64,000 nt of DNA from Eledone cirrhosa (GCA_964016885.1 OZ024741.1:383532001-383596000), one strand, 5' to 3'. Numbered from the stretch's first letter, positions 13,971 through 28,199 are shown. Program-made: numbers and translations. Notes: generated by a model from the sequence alone, not told the origin.

Positions 13971-14354
13971 CTATTCTCAGCTAAGTTTCCAGGCAATGCG
14001 GGGACACTGGGAACTTATATAAAAATAATTCAGTGGATGGAAAAAAGCGAGCGGGGCTAGATTCCAAGCCATTGAAAAATTCACTGCCTTCTTGGTCAAG
14101 TGGCAAATTCAAAAGAATCAATCACGTGACACTGAGGTTAACCAGCTTGGAGTGGGGGTGCTATTAAGACAGAGCCTAGCTACTACTATCAGTCACAGTA
14201 GTAATTTGGCAAATGTTGCTCAACAAATAATTTGGAGATAATTATAAAGAATTAATATATCTACCGACATATGTATACAGATGCATACCTATGCTAGCAG
14301 ATATATATGTTTTGTCTTAGTAACTTTGTGGTACTATGCAGGGGAATGCAAAAC

Positions 14355-14392
<38 letters not shown>

Positions 14393-14527
14393 CAAGGAGA
14401 CAACAAACTGAGGTAAAAAGTCTTATTTGTTTTACTCTTTATATGGAAAAGAGGAACGAAATTTCGACATGTCCGGCTCACGTCCTTCATCGAAAATTCA
14501 AAATATATGTGTGTGCACCCGTATATA

Positions 14528-14646
<119 letters not shown>

Positions 14647-15129
14647 TAGACACACACACACGCACCATAAGTTATGATGGGGATGGCTGTTAATTCCCTT
14701 GCTTCGAGTTAACCACGATACATTAGCATCATGACCAACCAAATCCCCGTTATTCTCACTGCCAACAGCACATCAGACACTACAAGAACAACTACAACAA
14801 CAACAACTACTACTACTACTACTACTACTGCTGCTGCTGCAAGGCCTTATACAGCGTATGAAATGAATAATATAGCAATTGAAAACATATGGGGTTTGTC
14901 TATGAGGACTACATGTTGACTGTGCTTGTCTGTGTATTTCAGCATGATGTATGGGTAACTTATCTGACGTACCTTCGGAGAAAGCATGGATGCCACAACT
15001 TCCACTCCACAATTTAAGTCAACAGAGTATATTGCACGTTGGTGGATATATTTGATTTATATTTTACAACAATTATATATATATGTGTGTGTTTGTGTAT
15101 GTATGTATGTGCGCGAGTTTGTGCGTGTG

Positions 15130-15183
<54 letters not shown>

Positions 15184-15204
15184 CGCGCGTGTGTGTATGT
15201 ATGT

Positions 15205-15290
<86 letters not shown>

Positions 15291-15310
15291 GTATGTATAC
15301 ATATATATAT

Positions 15311-15360
<50 letters not shown>

Positions 15361-15362
<2 letters not shown>

Positions 15363-15544
15363 CGAAGGAAATGTGGTAAGGAACCAGGTGGACCATAACG
15401 CACCAAAGTACTCAATACTTGAGGTAGTAGAGTGGGTAATAGGAACCAGTAAGACCCCGACAGCTGAGCTCAAGCCGTTTCGACGGCTAATTCAGAATTA
15501 GCCGTCGAAACGGCTTGAGCTCAGCTGTCGGGGTCTTACTGGTT

Positions 15545-15548
<4 letters not shown>
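15361..15548. mobile_element. (TA)n-embedded fold-back cassette (family F4), copy 1
   Basis: Arms ~15438-15492 and ~15495-15548 plus tail 15361-15437; homologues at 28236-28436 and 42138-42331. Confidence 0.8.
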
Positions 15549-15580
<32 letters not shown>

Positions 15581-16729
15581 TACATACACACATATATGGA
15601 TGTACGCACTTTCTTCTTAAGTATTTGTGCTAGATAAATAGATAGATAAGTAGGAAGGCAGACAATAATGAATATATACATTCAATTATGCGCATATATA
15701 AAAGATAATCTTGCACAGATATTCTAAAATATGTACATACTTTTAAATCATTTTATCAATGTTTATATTTTGAAACAGAATAAAATGAACTGAAATTTTT
15801 CCCAATTACTAGGTTTATAAGCTCTTCACTTTCGAACTTATATCTATTGTTTCTGATAATCTTCACCGTACAATGAGCGTGAGTAAATATAGCCAGTTAA
15901 AAGTTTAGTGTTTAGTCAATGAAAATAAACTAAGTCTGGAGGAGAAAGGAAACAGGAGTAAAATAACATTTAAATTTTTCTTCTTTTTATCTGTGCAACT
16001 TTATAGATAAAATATTTATTCTATAAGTCATTAAATTAAAATGGTTCTAACATAATGTTGTGTCCATACATTCTCACACATCATAGAGCCACCCACTGTT
16101 TTAACTCCTGTTCTCTATTTTATTCTGTTTTTACAATTATGTAATTGTTGGGTTTCTTCGCATTACTTTCTCTTCTGTTTCTTTCTTCTATATATATATG
16201 TTGGGTCGTCAAGTATGAAAGTTGTGCACATTTATTGAAAGAAAACAAATTTCTACAAATTTCATACTTGATGTCCCAGTGTATATATTTTTTAAGTTAT
16301 AGTTCATGATGTTTTTGTTCTTGTTAATGTTATTGTTGTTGTTGTTGTTTTTGTTATTGTTGCTATATTTTCTTTGTAATTCTTTATGGTATTCCTTACG
16401 ATTAAAGAGACCAGACGTGTAACGCAAGAAAGCGGCAGCATCTATTCATAATACTTAGCATGAATGAATTAGTGGGAAAAGTAATCTCTTGCATAGTTTT
16501 ATGTGTCACTGTAAGTATAGAAAACAATGTTGCTCCTCTCCTTAGATATCAAAGTACGTTGTGCTGAATCACTAGTTCCACTAAGATCCATTTGTTATGG
16601 TGGCCTACAAATATAAGTAATCCTGTAAAATTTGAACATATCCCTTTACATTTTAACATCATCGTTATTATTACAACTTCACGTATAAGACCCCTTTAAT
16701 CGGATGTCAACACAGTGGATTTTGTATAT

Positions 16730-16820
<91 letters not shown>

Positions 16821-16868
16821 ATAAAAGAGAAACCACAGGTAAGCATTAAAAAAAGGATTTTATACAGG

Positions 16869-16968
16869 TATTTACGACCGTTTCATTGGTAAGTGCAACC
16901 TTATATTGCTATACTGCAAATAGCAGCCACTCAGTAATAATTGTTGTACACATCAAATTTTCAAAATA
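16869..16968 (-). ncRNA. Hammerhead ribozyme, U3-A8 core variant (F5)
   Basis: tatt-TTGAAAA-long stem II-GAAA-cggtcg-TA-aata. Confidence 0.55.
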
Positions 16969-17112
16969 GTGAATAAGTTACTCTTAACAAGTTCTTAATA
17001 TATAGAAAAACATTTTTTGGGGAATTGTATTTACTAGTATAGAGAGAGAGGAAGAGGAATTAGAAAGTGGAGGGACTATATATTAAGAACTTGTTAAGAG
17101 TAACTCATTCAC

Positions 17113-17213
17113 TATTTTGAAAATTTGGATGTGTACAACAATTATTATTGAGTGGCTGCTATTTGCAGTATAGCAATATAAGGTTGCACTTACCAATGAA
17201 ATGGTCGTAAATA
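17113..17213 (+). ncRNA. Hammerhead ribozyme, U3-A8 core variant (F5)
   Basis: tatt-TTGAAAA-(ttgg/ccaa ... tgctat/atagca)-GAAA-tggtcg-TA-aata. Confidence 0.55.
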
Positions 17214-17392
17214 CCTGGATAAAATCCTTTTTTTTATGCTTACCTGTGTTTTCTCTTTTATCCTCTACACTCCAAGATTGAACGTGATTCTTACAAACCT
17301 GTGGAGTTACCCCTAACGGTACGTTGAAACCGTCCACGAAACTGGCTGTCTTAACCACGAACTGGATTACAATAAGCAATTTTCTGATTCCC

Positions 17393-17426
<34 letters not shown>

Positions 17427-17907
17427 GCAGACGCCTGTCCTATCTTCATTGGCTACTCCGGATGAGGTAGTGGTCTCCCGCAAAAATTCCCCGCTGTCAG
17501 CCAGGGTGTCTCGCCAATGGGATGTTGTAGTGTAATATCTCTCGGAACAGCAGGATCGCTGCTCCAGGGCGAAGGAGCGACATGATATTCCATGTGGCAA
17601 CATGGATTTTATGGCATAAATCAATTTCTCGTTGGTGGGTGCATACAGGGGTCCGTTCCGATGTTGGACAGTCTTATAATCAATTTCGTAACAGTTGACC
17701 CAGGAGGGGGAAGCCAGACTCAGGAGGGTAAATAGTGAGTCTTGTTACTGGTGAAGCTTCAGAGAAACAGAACTCACTATCTAAAATGAATATTAAAATC
17801 CACTTTTGTATTAAAGTAAAGTTTTCCCTCAGCTGTCACCCCGAATATATATATATATGTGTGTGTCTGCCTGTATGTATATATATGTGTGTGTGTATGT
17901 GTGTCTG

Positions 17908-17988
<81 letters not shown>

Positions 17989-19404
17989 CTGTCTGTATAT
18001 ATATATATATATATATATACAAATTTGTGCTGCATGACACTTTTCTCTTTTTTTCTCCACACACAAAAGGTCATATTGATAGGTGACCTTACTCATGAAC
18101 AATAGAGCATATACACACATACCCACCCATACAACGTTAACTTATATTACATCACTTTTGCAATATTCTAAGAACAATCATTGAACTGTAAGATCCAATG
18201 AACAAGTGACGCATCTCCTGGACTATGTAAAAATAGAATGTTTCCTATTCACGTCATCTCTTACCATTCGATCTTATCCCGAATTCTCGTTCAGATATTA
18301 AATATTTTTTCGCCTGATGAAGGCTTTTATAGATTGCATTTGCTGTCAGAGCAACACGCTTTTGTTAGGCGGGTGTGATCCGTCATCCCTTAAATTAAAG
18401 CTCACTCAGACGGTATTGGTAATCTTGAAACTATGATACAATATATTTCTTAAACCATGGAGTGATATCGAACTTGGAACCATGAGTTTTTTTAACCATG
18501 GAGCCATGTGAGTTACTGAGGCTGTATACAAGAAACATCTTGTTTTAAGTTAAACTGGTAAAATTGTCTGTTCATTTTTGAAGGCTAATTAATGCCCCAT
18601 AATCAATTTTGATTTTAATATTCTTTCACTAATTTCGTTACATCCTACATATCAATTTATATTACAATGAGAAACAGTGGTTTCAAAGGGTTAATTGGAA
18701 TCCAGCTTGTCTGTCATTCACAAATGTATCTGTAATCGAATTATGCTATTTGGCGATCTTGAGGAAATTGACACCCAAAATGGAAGAAAGATGTGTCCTA
18801 TAAATAATGGAGTGATATATTCTGGAAATATATTAAAAGTTTATTGTACTCTGGAGTAAAGATATCGATAATCTCGAAAACAAAGAAATTAATATTAATC
18901 ACAACCAACTTAATTTGGTTTATATATCTGTGGGAGGAAGTTGAAAGTAGTTGTGACATGAAAGTGCGCTGCAAGCAGAAGCCATAAATCTATGGATCAA
19001 GATTAACTTTTATCATAATAGCCTGCACATTACTCTGATTCGAATAAATATAGTTAGCTGTTCACAAACGGCAGTTATAAATTTGTACACATGGGATCTG
19101 TCAACAGGAAGAAGACAGATGCAAATTTGTCTTGCTACATCTAAAGAAGGCAGTCACAAAATATTCAGAGATTTCCATTTGAATGCTCCAAATTCAGCTA
19201 ATATTGCATTATATAACCTACATTTTTCTTCCACTTAAGATATTGTATATATAGTCATGTTTACACTAGTGAATGTTTATGTACAATTACACATATACAC
19301 GAATTTCCTAAGACGATAGGAGAGATTAGTTGAATAAGTAGAATGATTCATATGTAAAAGCGCATACAAACAAATACACTTGCATAAATACATACATACA
19401 TACA

Positions 19405-20012
19405 TGGTGGCTGCCAAATCGTTTTCGAGTACGGCCACTACTTTATATACATGTAGGAGAACCCCTACCGATGCGCTGAACGAGTGTGACTTTTTAGTCC
19501 AGCCAGCGACTTGAAAACTCTGGTACAAACACTACACCTGTGACAATTATTGACACAGTGCTGGGCCCTTCGCACCATGTGATGACAAGTGCAGAGAGAT
19601 CTCCAGATACAAAGCAATGCCTGTGCCGTGAAGCTTTTATAGTGAGCAAAGGTACTGCACAAAGCCAGTCCCACTCTCTTAACCAAGATGATATTTACCA
19701 AAAAGAAGAACAAGTCAACATCATTGGATACCATCAGAGTTGCAGGTGTTATATCAGAGTTTTCCTTCTCCTAGAATTCTGCCTTAACAAAGGCTATGGG
19801 GTCAGCTCTCCCGGTAATTTTGGATGGCCATTGACTCTTAAGAGCTCCTTTGCCCTTTGACAGGTTTTGTTTTTAGTCCTGCAGGATGTCCAAAGTCACC
19901 CTCCTCACCAAGAAACCTTGGTGGGGTTGCCAGTTAGTCGCCAACGACCCGACCATGAGACAGGTTGTGCTGGGATACATGTTACCAGTAGCACCAACTG
20001 GTGACCTGACAT
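19405..20012 (-). mobile_element. Bipartite non-autonomous RTE-derived retroelement, copy 2
   Basis: Same ends as 652-1260; (TGTA)n 3' tail; C2H2-like CSVCTRVFKSLAGLKSHTRSAH. Confidence 0.7.
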
Positions 20013-20017
20013 ATTGC

Positions 20018-20140
20018 GTACATACATACATACATACATACATACATACATACATACATACATACATACATACATACATCCATACATACATACATACATA
20101 CATACATACATACATACATACATACATACATACATACATG
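20018..20140. repeat. (TACA)n microsatellite
   Basis: Directly visible. Confidence 0.98.
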
Positions 20141-20174
20141 CCTACGTACATAAATACATGATTACATACATACA

Positions 20175-20700
20175 TGGTGATTTCTTCGTCTTTGAAGATG
20201 ATTGTCGTCTATGTACCTCCATTAAAACTGACCAACTCCGAATGTCCGTTCATGGCCTCTTACGTGGCTTTTAATTTCATCTTCAGATTTGTATCGTTTG
20301 CCGCAATTGTAACAGACAGATAATGTGCCCTCTATTGGATTGATTGGTACAGTTTGTGCGATGTCATTCTTATGCCCTCATATGACTTTTAAGAACAGAA
20401 ATTGATTTGCAGACGTTTCTGCACACTACTCATGTTGTCTCACATAGTATTGGAATGATAGTGCTGCATACAGTTGGCTTTTCCTGTGATTTTTAATGAG
20501 TGATGTACCTAGATTTCCAGAACAGTAGACGGCCATACACTTCACAACACCAGCTCCCTATGTTCTTATTGAAGTTCATACTGTGGTTTTTTCAAAGCTG
20601 CGTTTAATTGCTTCATGGTCAAGACGTCTCTCTTCAAACATTCTGCAGCCTTCCTTCGCATATCCTCTTCATTCAACCCTCTTTAAAGCAAGCACTTCCC
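20175..20700 (-). mobile_element. Degenerate RTE LINE 3' end
   Basis: Minus strand reads VVCRNVCKSISVLKSHMR near 20375-20430 and is followed by a (TGTA)n tail. Confidence 0.5.
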
Positions 20701-20799
20701 AGTTATGAACACCAAGCTGTAGTTCCTTTAAGCAATCCTTTTCTTAGTTTGTAAAAACTCACACCCAGACTCAGCAATACTGTAATGAATCCATGAATG

Positions 20800-21150
20800 A
20801 AGTTTTCATGTTTATCAGCAAAGATTAATGCATGGCTATGTTGGCAGAAACCTTAAACTGAGAGTAATAAAGATAAGCAAACCAGTCTATCTTGGAACAA
20901 ACATGGTATATTGGATCTCTGTTTGAATGCTATGCGTTTGCAACCAAAGAACATGTCATAACAACAAAATACCTGATGCACAAAAGATATAGGAATGGAG
21001 ACAAAACACATAGATATGACAACATATGCAGATTCTGTGGAATAAACAAAGCGGATGTCATCCATATCATAGGCAACTATTCAAAGTTGATACCACGATG
21101 CTATCTACATATAAGGCATGATGTAGTGCATGAAGCCTATGCAAGCTTCT
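20800..21150 (+). mobile_element. R4/Dong-like LINE fragment (zinc knuckle plus RHD motif)
   Basis: FATKEHVITTKYL...CRFCG...IHII...YLHIRHDVV. Confidence 0.65.
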
Positions 21151-22159
21151 CATTTAATATATAAGCTTCATATGTTCAACATTTTAGTCTAAAAGAATGC
21201 AAATTATATACCCATTCCAATCCAATCCATGGCTTTCTCACTCATGTGGGAGAACTCCTCCCTGTTAGACCTCCACTACTTTCTATTTAATGTTAGCCAT
21301 GTCTGGGATGTAGCTGTACACACCACACTTTGACAACTGCGAGTTGGTGAGGCTATTTGAATCATAGTTGGGTTGGATGGCAGTTGAGTTTATCCACCCT
21401 TTTTAAAGCTCTTGTCTTTTGAGCTGCTGAGGTCCTACTCCTCTTCCTCACCAAGATCAAGCTCTGGTGAGGGAACCGATTTAGACGCCGACCATTCGAC
21501 CATGAATAAGGTTGTATTGAGTCATATGGTAGCAGTAGCATGGAAAATCAATATCATTTCCTTATTACTGCATGTATAGCACATCACTCGTTTTAAATTT
21601 TAGACACAGGTATTTATCTATGCACTCTGACATCTTCGCGTTTTAAGAATTATTTTATTTTCATAGGTGGTGTACCTCCCAATACTCCAGTTTCCGCTTA
21701 TATTTTAAGTTATTTTAAGAAATAAATATTTACAAGAATAAAAGAGTAAATATTATGTTCAATAATAGTTTTAAATGAAATAAAACTGTTATCATTTCAG
21801 CATGAAAACGTTGAGCTGTTTCGATCTTAGACTTAATAAAATCGTGTACAGCTTCTTCATCTGCAACATTGCCTTGAATTAATTCACCATTGCAAGTTTG
21901 CAGACTGGCCAATAATCCAATCACTTCTATTTATATCGGGTTCACTTGTTATCTTTATATAATCTCTCAGGTACAACATACAGGACGAACAGATTGATTG
22001 GACTTACATTCATGGGAGGACACTTCATGTTATTTCAAACATACAAGCATAATAAACATACACACACATAGAGAATTATATTATACATATACACATCTAT
22101 ATGCATTGATTTACAATTACAAATGCGCAAAATGACATTATGTATATATACACGTGCAT

Positions 22160-22193
<34 letters not shown>

Positions 22194-22259
22194 GAGTCTA
22201 TATGCAAATACATACACGCACACACACACATATATATATATAGATATACGAGTGTATAT

Positions 22260-22397
<138 letters not shown>

Positions 22398-22466
22398 TTA
22401 TGATTGAATGCATTTGTATATCCACATATATGTATATATGTAGATATACGAATGCATGCAAAGTAA

Positions 22467-22497
<31 letters not shown>

Positions 22498-22609
22498 CAT
22501 ACATATATATATATGTATAGGTGTGTGTGTGTGTGTTTATCTATACACACACATCACCACATATATGTATACTTACATAGATATATATACTTAAGTATAT
22601 ATATACATA

Positions 22610-22705
<96 letters not shown>

Positions 22706-22815
22706 AGTTTCACATCTGGTGACAGAGGCATGAGCAAACTAACAGGCAGACATACACACAGATACAATCAATGGCACAGAGAAACACGCAGATACACACA
22801 ATACTCCCACACACA

Positions 22816-22851
<36 letters not shown>

Positions 22852-23393
22852 AAATTCACACACTCACACATACATGTGCAAACACAAGTGAACATTACAC
22901 AGTTATGTGACACCTACTTCTATGGCAACGCGTTACTGATGCCAACATACAAAATTGAACATGAACATGGCGGATAATTTGTAATTACAGTTACTTGTAG
23001 TATCTTTAAGCTATGATTAATTCGTTCATTCCACACTAATCTCGAGGGTTTTGCTTGATGTAGGTGTGTGCATCTTTATGATTCTTCAGCACGAACGACG
23101 TTGTCACACAAACAAAACACTGAATATGTTTTATCCGCTTTTCAAAGTTACTTTGCCAATATGGATTAAATCCTGACACGTGATCTGCATAAGTTCTTAC
23201 TTAAAGTAAACTATAAATAAAAAGACGTTCAATCCAGATTTACTTAAGGCAGCAGATTTTGTAAAAGAATTAACGTTTGCTGTGGAGATTCAAAAGTAAG
23301 GAGGCAGGACTTCGATGAAAAATATGATTCTTTTCTCTTTTATATGCTTAATAAAATAAAATATAATGGAATAACAATGATGAAACGGCGACA

Positions 23394-23463
23394 AGAAGAA
23401 GAAGAAGAAGAAGAAGAAGAAGAAGAAGAAGAAGAAGAAGAAGAAGAAGAAGAAGAAGAAGAA
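23394..23463. repeat. (GAA)n microsatellite
   Basis: Directly visible. Confidence 0.98.
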
Positions 23464-23559
23464 TGTTATAGACTGTGGAACCAAGTCAGTAAAAATATGC
23501 GAAATACAAAAGAAATCAGCACGTATGAAACAATGTGGGATTTACAGAGAATAAAATTA

Positions 23560-24050
23560 TTAGCTCGACAACAATTTTTCTTTACTCTTTATAAAAACAA
23601 TCATAAATACACATGGTATAAGGGGAATCAGAGACAGAGATCAATAATTGATTTTGCTATTGTCTCTGATTTCTTCAATTCTCTGTTGGATGTTTGTATT
23701 AAGAGATGGACTGAACTGTCAACTGATCACCATCTAGTTATCTGCAATCTGAAACGTAGATACAGGGAAGAGTAGAAACTGGCAAGTTCAGCTCCACCTA
23801 CAGGATATAGTGCGAAGCGCTGGCAGATGGGGAAGTCAACAACAGGTTTTCTGACACTATTGCATCCAAACTCAGAGAATTCCCTAAGCAAACTGAGAAC
23901 GTTTAAACGCAGTGGAGACACGGCAGTTTCAGCTTTAGCTGTTAAATGCTGCCGGCGAAAGTGGCTTTGTGAGACGCCGAGTGACAGGAGGATGCTTTAG
24001 TTTAATCAAGCAGTCAAGGATCCTATCCGAGTAAAGAAGGAGACTTATAA
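23560..24050 (+). mobile_element. RTE-type LINE apurinic endonuclease fragment
   Basis: HKYTWY...RSIIDFAIVS...ELSTDHHLVIC. Confidence 0.7.
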
Positions 24051-24509
24051 AGATACCCACGGTGGAGAGGAAATTACATAATTTAATTTGGAGTATCATT
24101 TGTCTTTTTCAAACGAAGGTGGTAGGTCAGAGATAGACTCGCTTGTTACTCGGTTTCGGTCCAACATAATCGTTTATATCATGAAACTTCAATAACTGAA
24201 TATGTGTGCTCCAGGCCCTGTTGCAAGTAGTTTTAACTGGACCATACCTTTACCGTTTATCACAATCATGCCAAGTGCTACAGTAACATTGTAAGACAGA
24301 TGATATTTGGAAACTCTTCATAAATCCCGACATGAAAGAACCTCAATAGATGTTGTTCTTCAGGTTGTCTGCGTCAAAGCAACAATATCTCCCAAGCTCG
24401 CATGACACACAGCTATTGACTCTCTGTAGAATGTGAGAATTGGCGTTCTACCTATCGCATTATCCTGCTGGGGGCGTAGGTTGAGCTTTTCATTATATAC
24501 ACACGCACA

Positions 24510-26928
24510 AGTTCAACGAGTGCTTGGGCAGAGTTTATACTGTGCCACCAAACCAACACGAGTGCTTCCATCTTCGCATGCTACTACATGAGGTCAGAGG
24601 ACATACCTGCTTTGATGATCTCCGAACGTTAGACGGACAAGTTCTTCCAACATACACAAAGGCATGTTTGAGGTGTGGATTGCTGGATGATGGTTCACAG
24701 TGGGATGCAACGATGACGGAAGTTGCTCTTTCACATTCACCAGCCAGCCTAAGAAATTTATTTGCGGTACTTTTGCACTCGTACAACTTATCTGATCCTC
24801 TGTCCTTTTGGATGAAATATAGGGATGAACTAATAGACGACTACAGACACCAAGCACAATTGCAGCTTCCAGAAATAGAGGTCGGCTTTAATAATGAATT
24901 ATACAACAGAGCTCTCATTGATATTGAGGACAAGTTAGCTCTGGTTGGAGGAAAAGTTTTACGTGACTACGGTTTACCAGAAACTCATCGCACGGACTCA
25001 AGCAAACTTCCCACAGAAATCATACAGGAGACTTCTTATGACATCCATGATCTCGGCCTCTACGTCACAGATAATGAGCCAAAACATCTAGCTGATCAGC
25101 GACTGGTTTATACCACCATTACTGAATCGGTATTTCAAAGAAAAGGTGGCATATTTTTCTTCGATACTCCAGGGGGGACAGGAAAAACTTTCGTTACTAA
25201 ACTTATTCTTGCAAAGGTTAGAGAGAATAAGGACATAGCAATAGCAGTTGCGTCCTCTGGAATCGCAGCAACTTTGCTCCCTGGTGGAAGGACGGCACAT
25301 TCAGTTTTTAAATTGACCCTTGATTTGGCAAAATTGGAAACTCCTACTTGTCATATCACCAAAGACTCCGAAAGGGCTCATCTGCTGCGAAGGTGTCACC
25401 TTATTGTTTGGGATGAGTGCACAATGGCGCACAAAGGTGTTCTTGAGGCACTAGACAGGTCTTTGCAAGACATACGTGATTGTAGTGATGTTATGGGGGG
25501 TGGCACCCTTCTGCTATCAGAAGACTTCAGACAGACTCTTCCTATAACACCGAAAGGAACAAGAGCAGATGCGGTAAATGCACGTCTTAATTCTTCACCG
25601 TTGTGGCGACAAGTGACATCATTAATACTAACTACCAACATGCGTGCAAGGTTGAATGGGGACCCACTGTCATCTACATTTTCTGGAGACATTCTTACAA
25701 TAGGAGATGGTAACGTACCTCCGGATAAAGATGGACACATAGCAATTGATCACATCTGCAATGTAGTTGAAACTGTCGATGATCTGAAGACGAGTGTATT
25801 CCAGAACTTGCGTGATAACTATACGAATCTTGATTGGCTATGCGAAAGAGCCATTCTTGCACGCAAAAATGTCACGGTTAGCTGTATTAACGTTCAGCTT
25901 ATTCAGCTTCTTCCTGGATGTCCACGGATATATAAATCTATTGATACTGTGTGTGATCCACAGGATGCGGTCAATTATCCAGTTGAATTTCTAAATTCTT
26001 TAAATCCTCCCGGTTTACCTCCTAATACATTGGTTCTGAAAGAGGAAACGCCAGTTATTTTGCTGAGAAATATCACTCCTCCAAAACTATGCAATGGCAT
26101 TCGCCTTGTGGTTAAAAAAACTGTCTCCACTTAGTATTGACGCTACCATTTTATCCGGATGTGGAAAAGGCGAGGATGTGATAATAACAAAAATTAGTCT
26201 ACAGGCGGGGATACTCCTTTCTCCTTTCGCCGAACCCAATTTCCCCTTCGTGTTGCCTTTGCGATGTCCATAAACAAGTCGCAAGATCAAACTGTGTCCG
26301 TCGCTGGAATTCACTTGGATGAACCTTGCTTTTCACACGGACAATTCTACGTTGCCTGCTCATGAGTTGGCAGTAGAGATAATCTCTTTGCGTTTGTTCC
26401 GAAAAGAAAAACAAAGAATTTCGTCTATCCTGAAGTGCTTTGGTGTTAACAAAAACACTTATTACAGCTCTGCCTTGACTTCACCTTACTCATTACGAAA
26501 CATACCAATGAATATGTCATGCAGGATATTTTGGATTATAAGTTCAAAATTTAACCATACTCCGCAAAGGATGCTCTCAAAGAATAGATTTTCTCTTAAT
26601 CTACTCTCATTGTTTTTTTTTTGTTTGTATACAACTCTGCTTTCATTACAACTTTTTGTACTTTAGCAAAACTGCCTGTTTTTTTTACAGATTTGCAACG
26701 TGTATTGTCTTTAATCATTTGTATAACTACATCCTGTTTAGTGTTTTCCTTCATTATCAGCATAGTTTTATGTGTACAAAGATTGCACTAAATATTCGTT
26801 TGCATTATTTATTGAAGACTTCTGCTTATTTTGACAGGTTGGGGACAAATCATTTTCTTCTTTTACTTCCTAGCTGTATATGCTTAGCATAATTTCAAAC
26901 CCCGGGTAACGCCCGGTAAATCTAGTAG
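24510..26928 (+). mobile_element. 5'-truncated Helitron
   Basis: RepHel helicase region, then 3' hairpin CCGGG-TAACG-CCCGG (26902-26916) and CTAG (26922-26925). Confidence 0.88.
24524..26445 (+). pseudogene. Helitron RepHel Pif1-family helicase domain, disrupted
   Basis: PGGTGKTF, AVASSGIAATLLPGGRTAHS, IVWDEC, DFRQTLP, TNMR, LCNG; ORF ends at 26134 and FAMSINKSQ/CFSHGQ continue out of frame. Confidence 0.9.
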
Positions 26929-26949
26929 TTTGATATATATTTATCCTTA

Positions 26950-27260
26950 TCGAGCATCGTGAAATAAATACGTTTGTTTATATTTGTTATTGTGTATGCA
27001 AAAATATCTGTACACGAATATATATATATACAGATACATATATATAAATATGTATATAACAGTACAGAGAAGTACGGAAAAACTCGGCCTCGGGATGGTA
27101 TCTACATTTTGTGCTTACTAAAAAAATCCGTCGTAGATTACCAGGGTTTTTTTTCCGTGCGAAGAAAATCAATATTTATCACGAGATAAATACTTTTGCT
27201 TATATTTTGTTATTGTGTATGCAAAAATATCTGTACACAGATATATAATTATATATATAT
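26950..27260 (-). mobile_element. Rearranged fragments of the 39877-40805 Helitron family
   Basis: 26957-27025 matches 40726-40795; 27058-27118 matches 39961-40020. Confidence 0.6.
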
Positions 27261-27288
27261 AAATATATATATTAAACTAACAGATTAA

Positions 27289-27339
27289 AGTTTAAGCAAA
27301 GAATCGCTGCTTTCACCCTTAACGGGATCTTCTGAAACT
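27289..27339 (-). ncRNA. Hammerhead-like fold with A at core position 4 (family F6)
   Basis: agttt-CAGAAGA-tccc/gggt-GAAA-gcag/ttgc-TT-aaact. Confidence 0.45.
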
Positions 27340-27537
27340 AAAATAAAAAAATCCATCTGTGAACGCAGTAGTAAATATTTCGAAAAACGTTACACACTAT
27401 ATATATATATATATACATACACTATATATACATATATATACACACACACACATACACACACACCGCATCATAATATCGTAATGCAGACAGCCAGACATAC
27501 AGACAGATATTATAAGGGCGCAACGTTATATCTATGT

Positions 27538-27764
27538 ATCTATATAAAAAGAGAAAGACTAAGAATTGTAGAGAGCGAAAGCCAAAACGCCTAATGCCGT
27601 CCGTAGGACATTGAACATTTGAAATTCTTTTTTCTCAAAACATTCACAGGACCATAAGTATTACATGTTTAAAGTTTGAAAACAATCGGATGGGTGGTTC
27701 TCGAGTTTTAGTGATCGGACAGACAGACAGACAGACAGACATTCTATGTTTTAGATATATAGAT
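27538..27764 (+). mobile_element. DINE-1/Helentron-like non-autonomous element
   Basis: AAAGTTTGAAAACAATCGG motif, (GACA)n tract, ATCTATATA inverted ends. Confidence 0.55.
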
Positions 27765-27898
27765 GGTTTCATGTGAATGACGTAGTACTAGTCCAGTAGA
27801 ATCCATTTCTATAGAAAATAAAGATGCTTATACCAACGTATTGAGTACCTTTTTTAACTGTGGTCATCTCCCGATCTCAATCGAAAATACACTCATAA

Positions 27899-27957
<59 letters not shown>

Positions 27958-27960
<3 letters not shown>

Positions 27961-28199
27961 GGTTATGTACGAGTGCATTAAGGTTTTCCAGGACACAGTG
28001 TTATGTACCGTGTAGGGGAAGGTCAGCTTACAACAGCGTGGTGCTCAACGAAATGCAGGAAATAGGTGTATATTCCAGTTTAGCTATACTCCGGGGCGTA
28101 TATAAAGAATCAAAAAAGAACAGAAAGATGGAGTAAAAGAGATTTATTCAAATCTAACGTACGTTTCTATTGAAACGTACGTTAGAACCGAATAAATCT

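Larger units (their letters stand above)
16817..17395. mobile_element. (TA)n-embedded fold-back cassette (family F5)
   Basis: Arms ~16817-17005 and ~17076-17264, tail to ~17395. Confidence 0.8.

Noticed and set aside
14457-14500. Minus-strand CGATGA...GGA-catg-TC-gaaatt
   Set aside because: Both core halves damaged; possible relic only
18308-18375. CTGATGA followed by a hairpin
   Set aside because: GAAA absent
21730-21930. Protein-like minus-strand ORF (GNVADEEAVHDFIKSK)
   Set aside because: Weak splice acceptor, no clear donor, no recognised homology
23344-23775. Poly-Glu ORF
   Set aside because: Chance fusion of (GAA)n with a LINE endonuclease fragment
24524-26134. Cellular PIF1 gene
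   Set aside because: Intronless, disrupted, and followed by a Helitron hairpin and CTAG end
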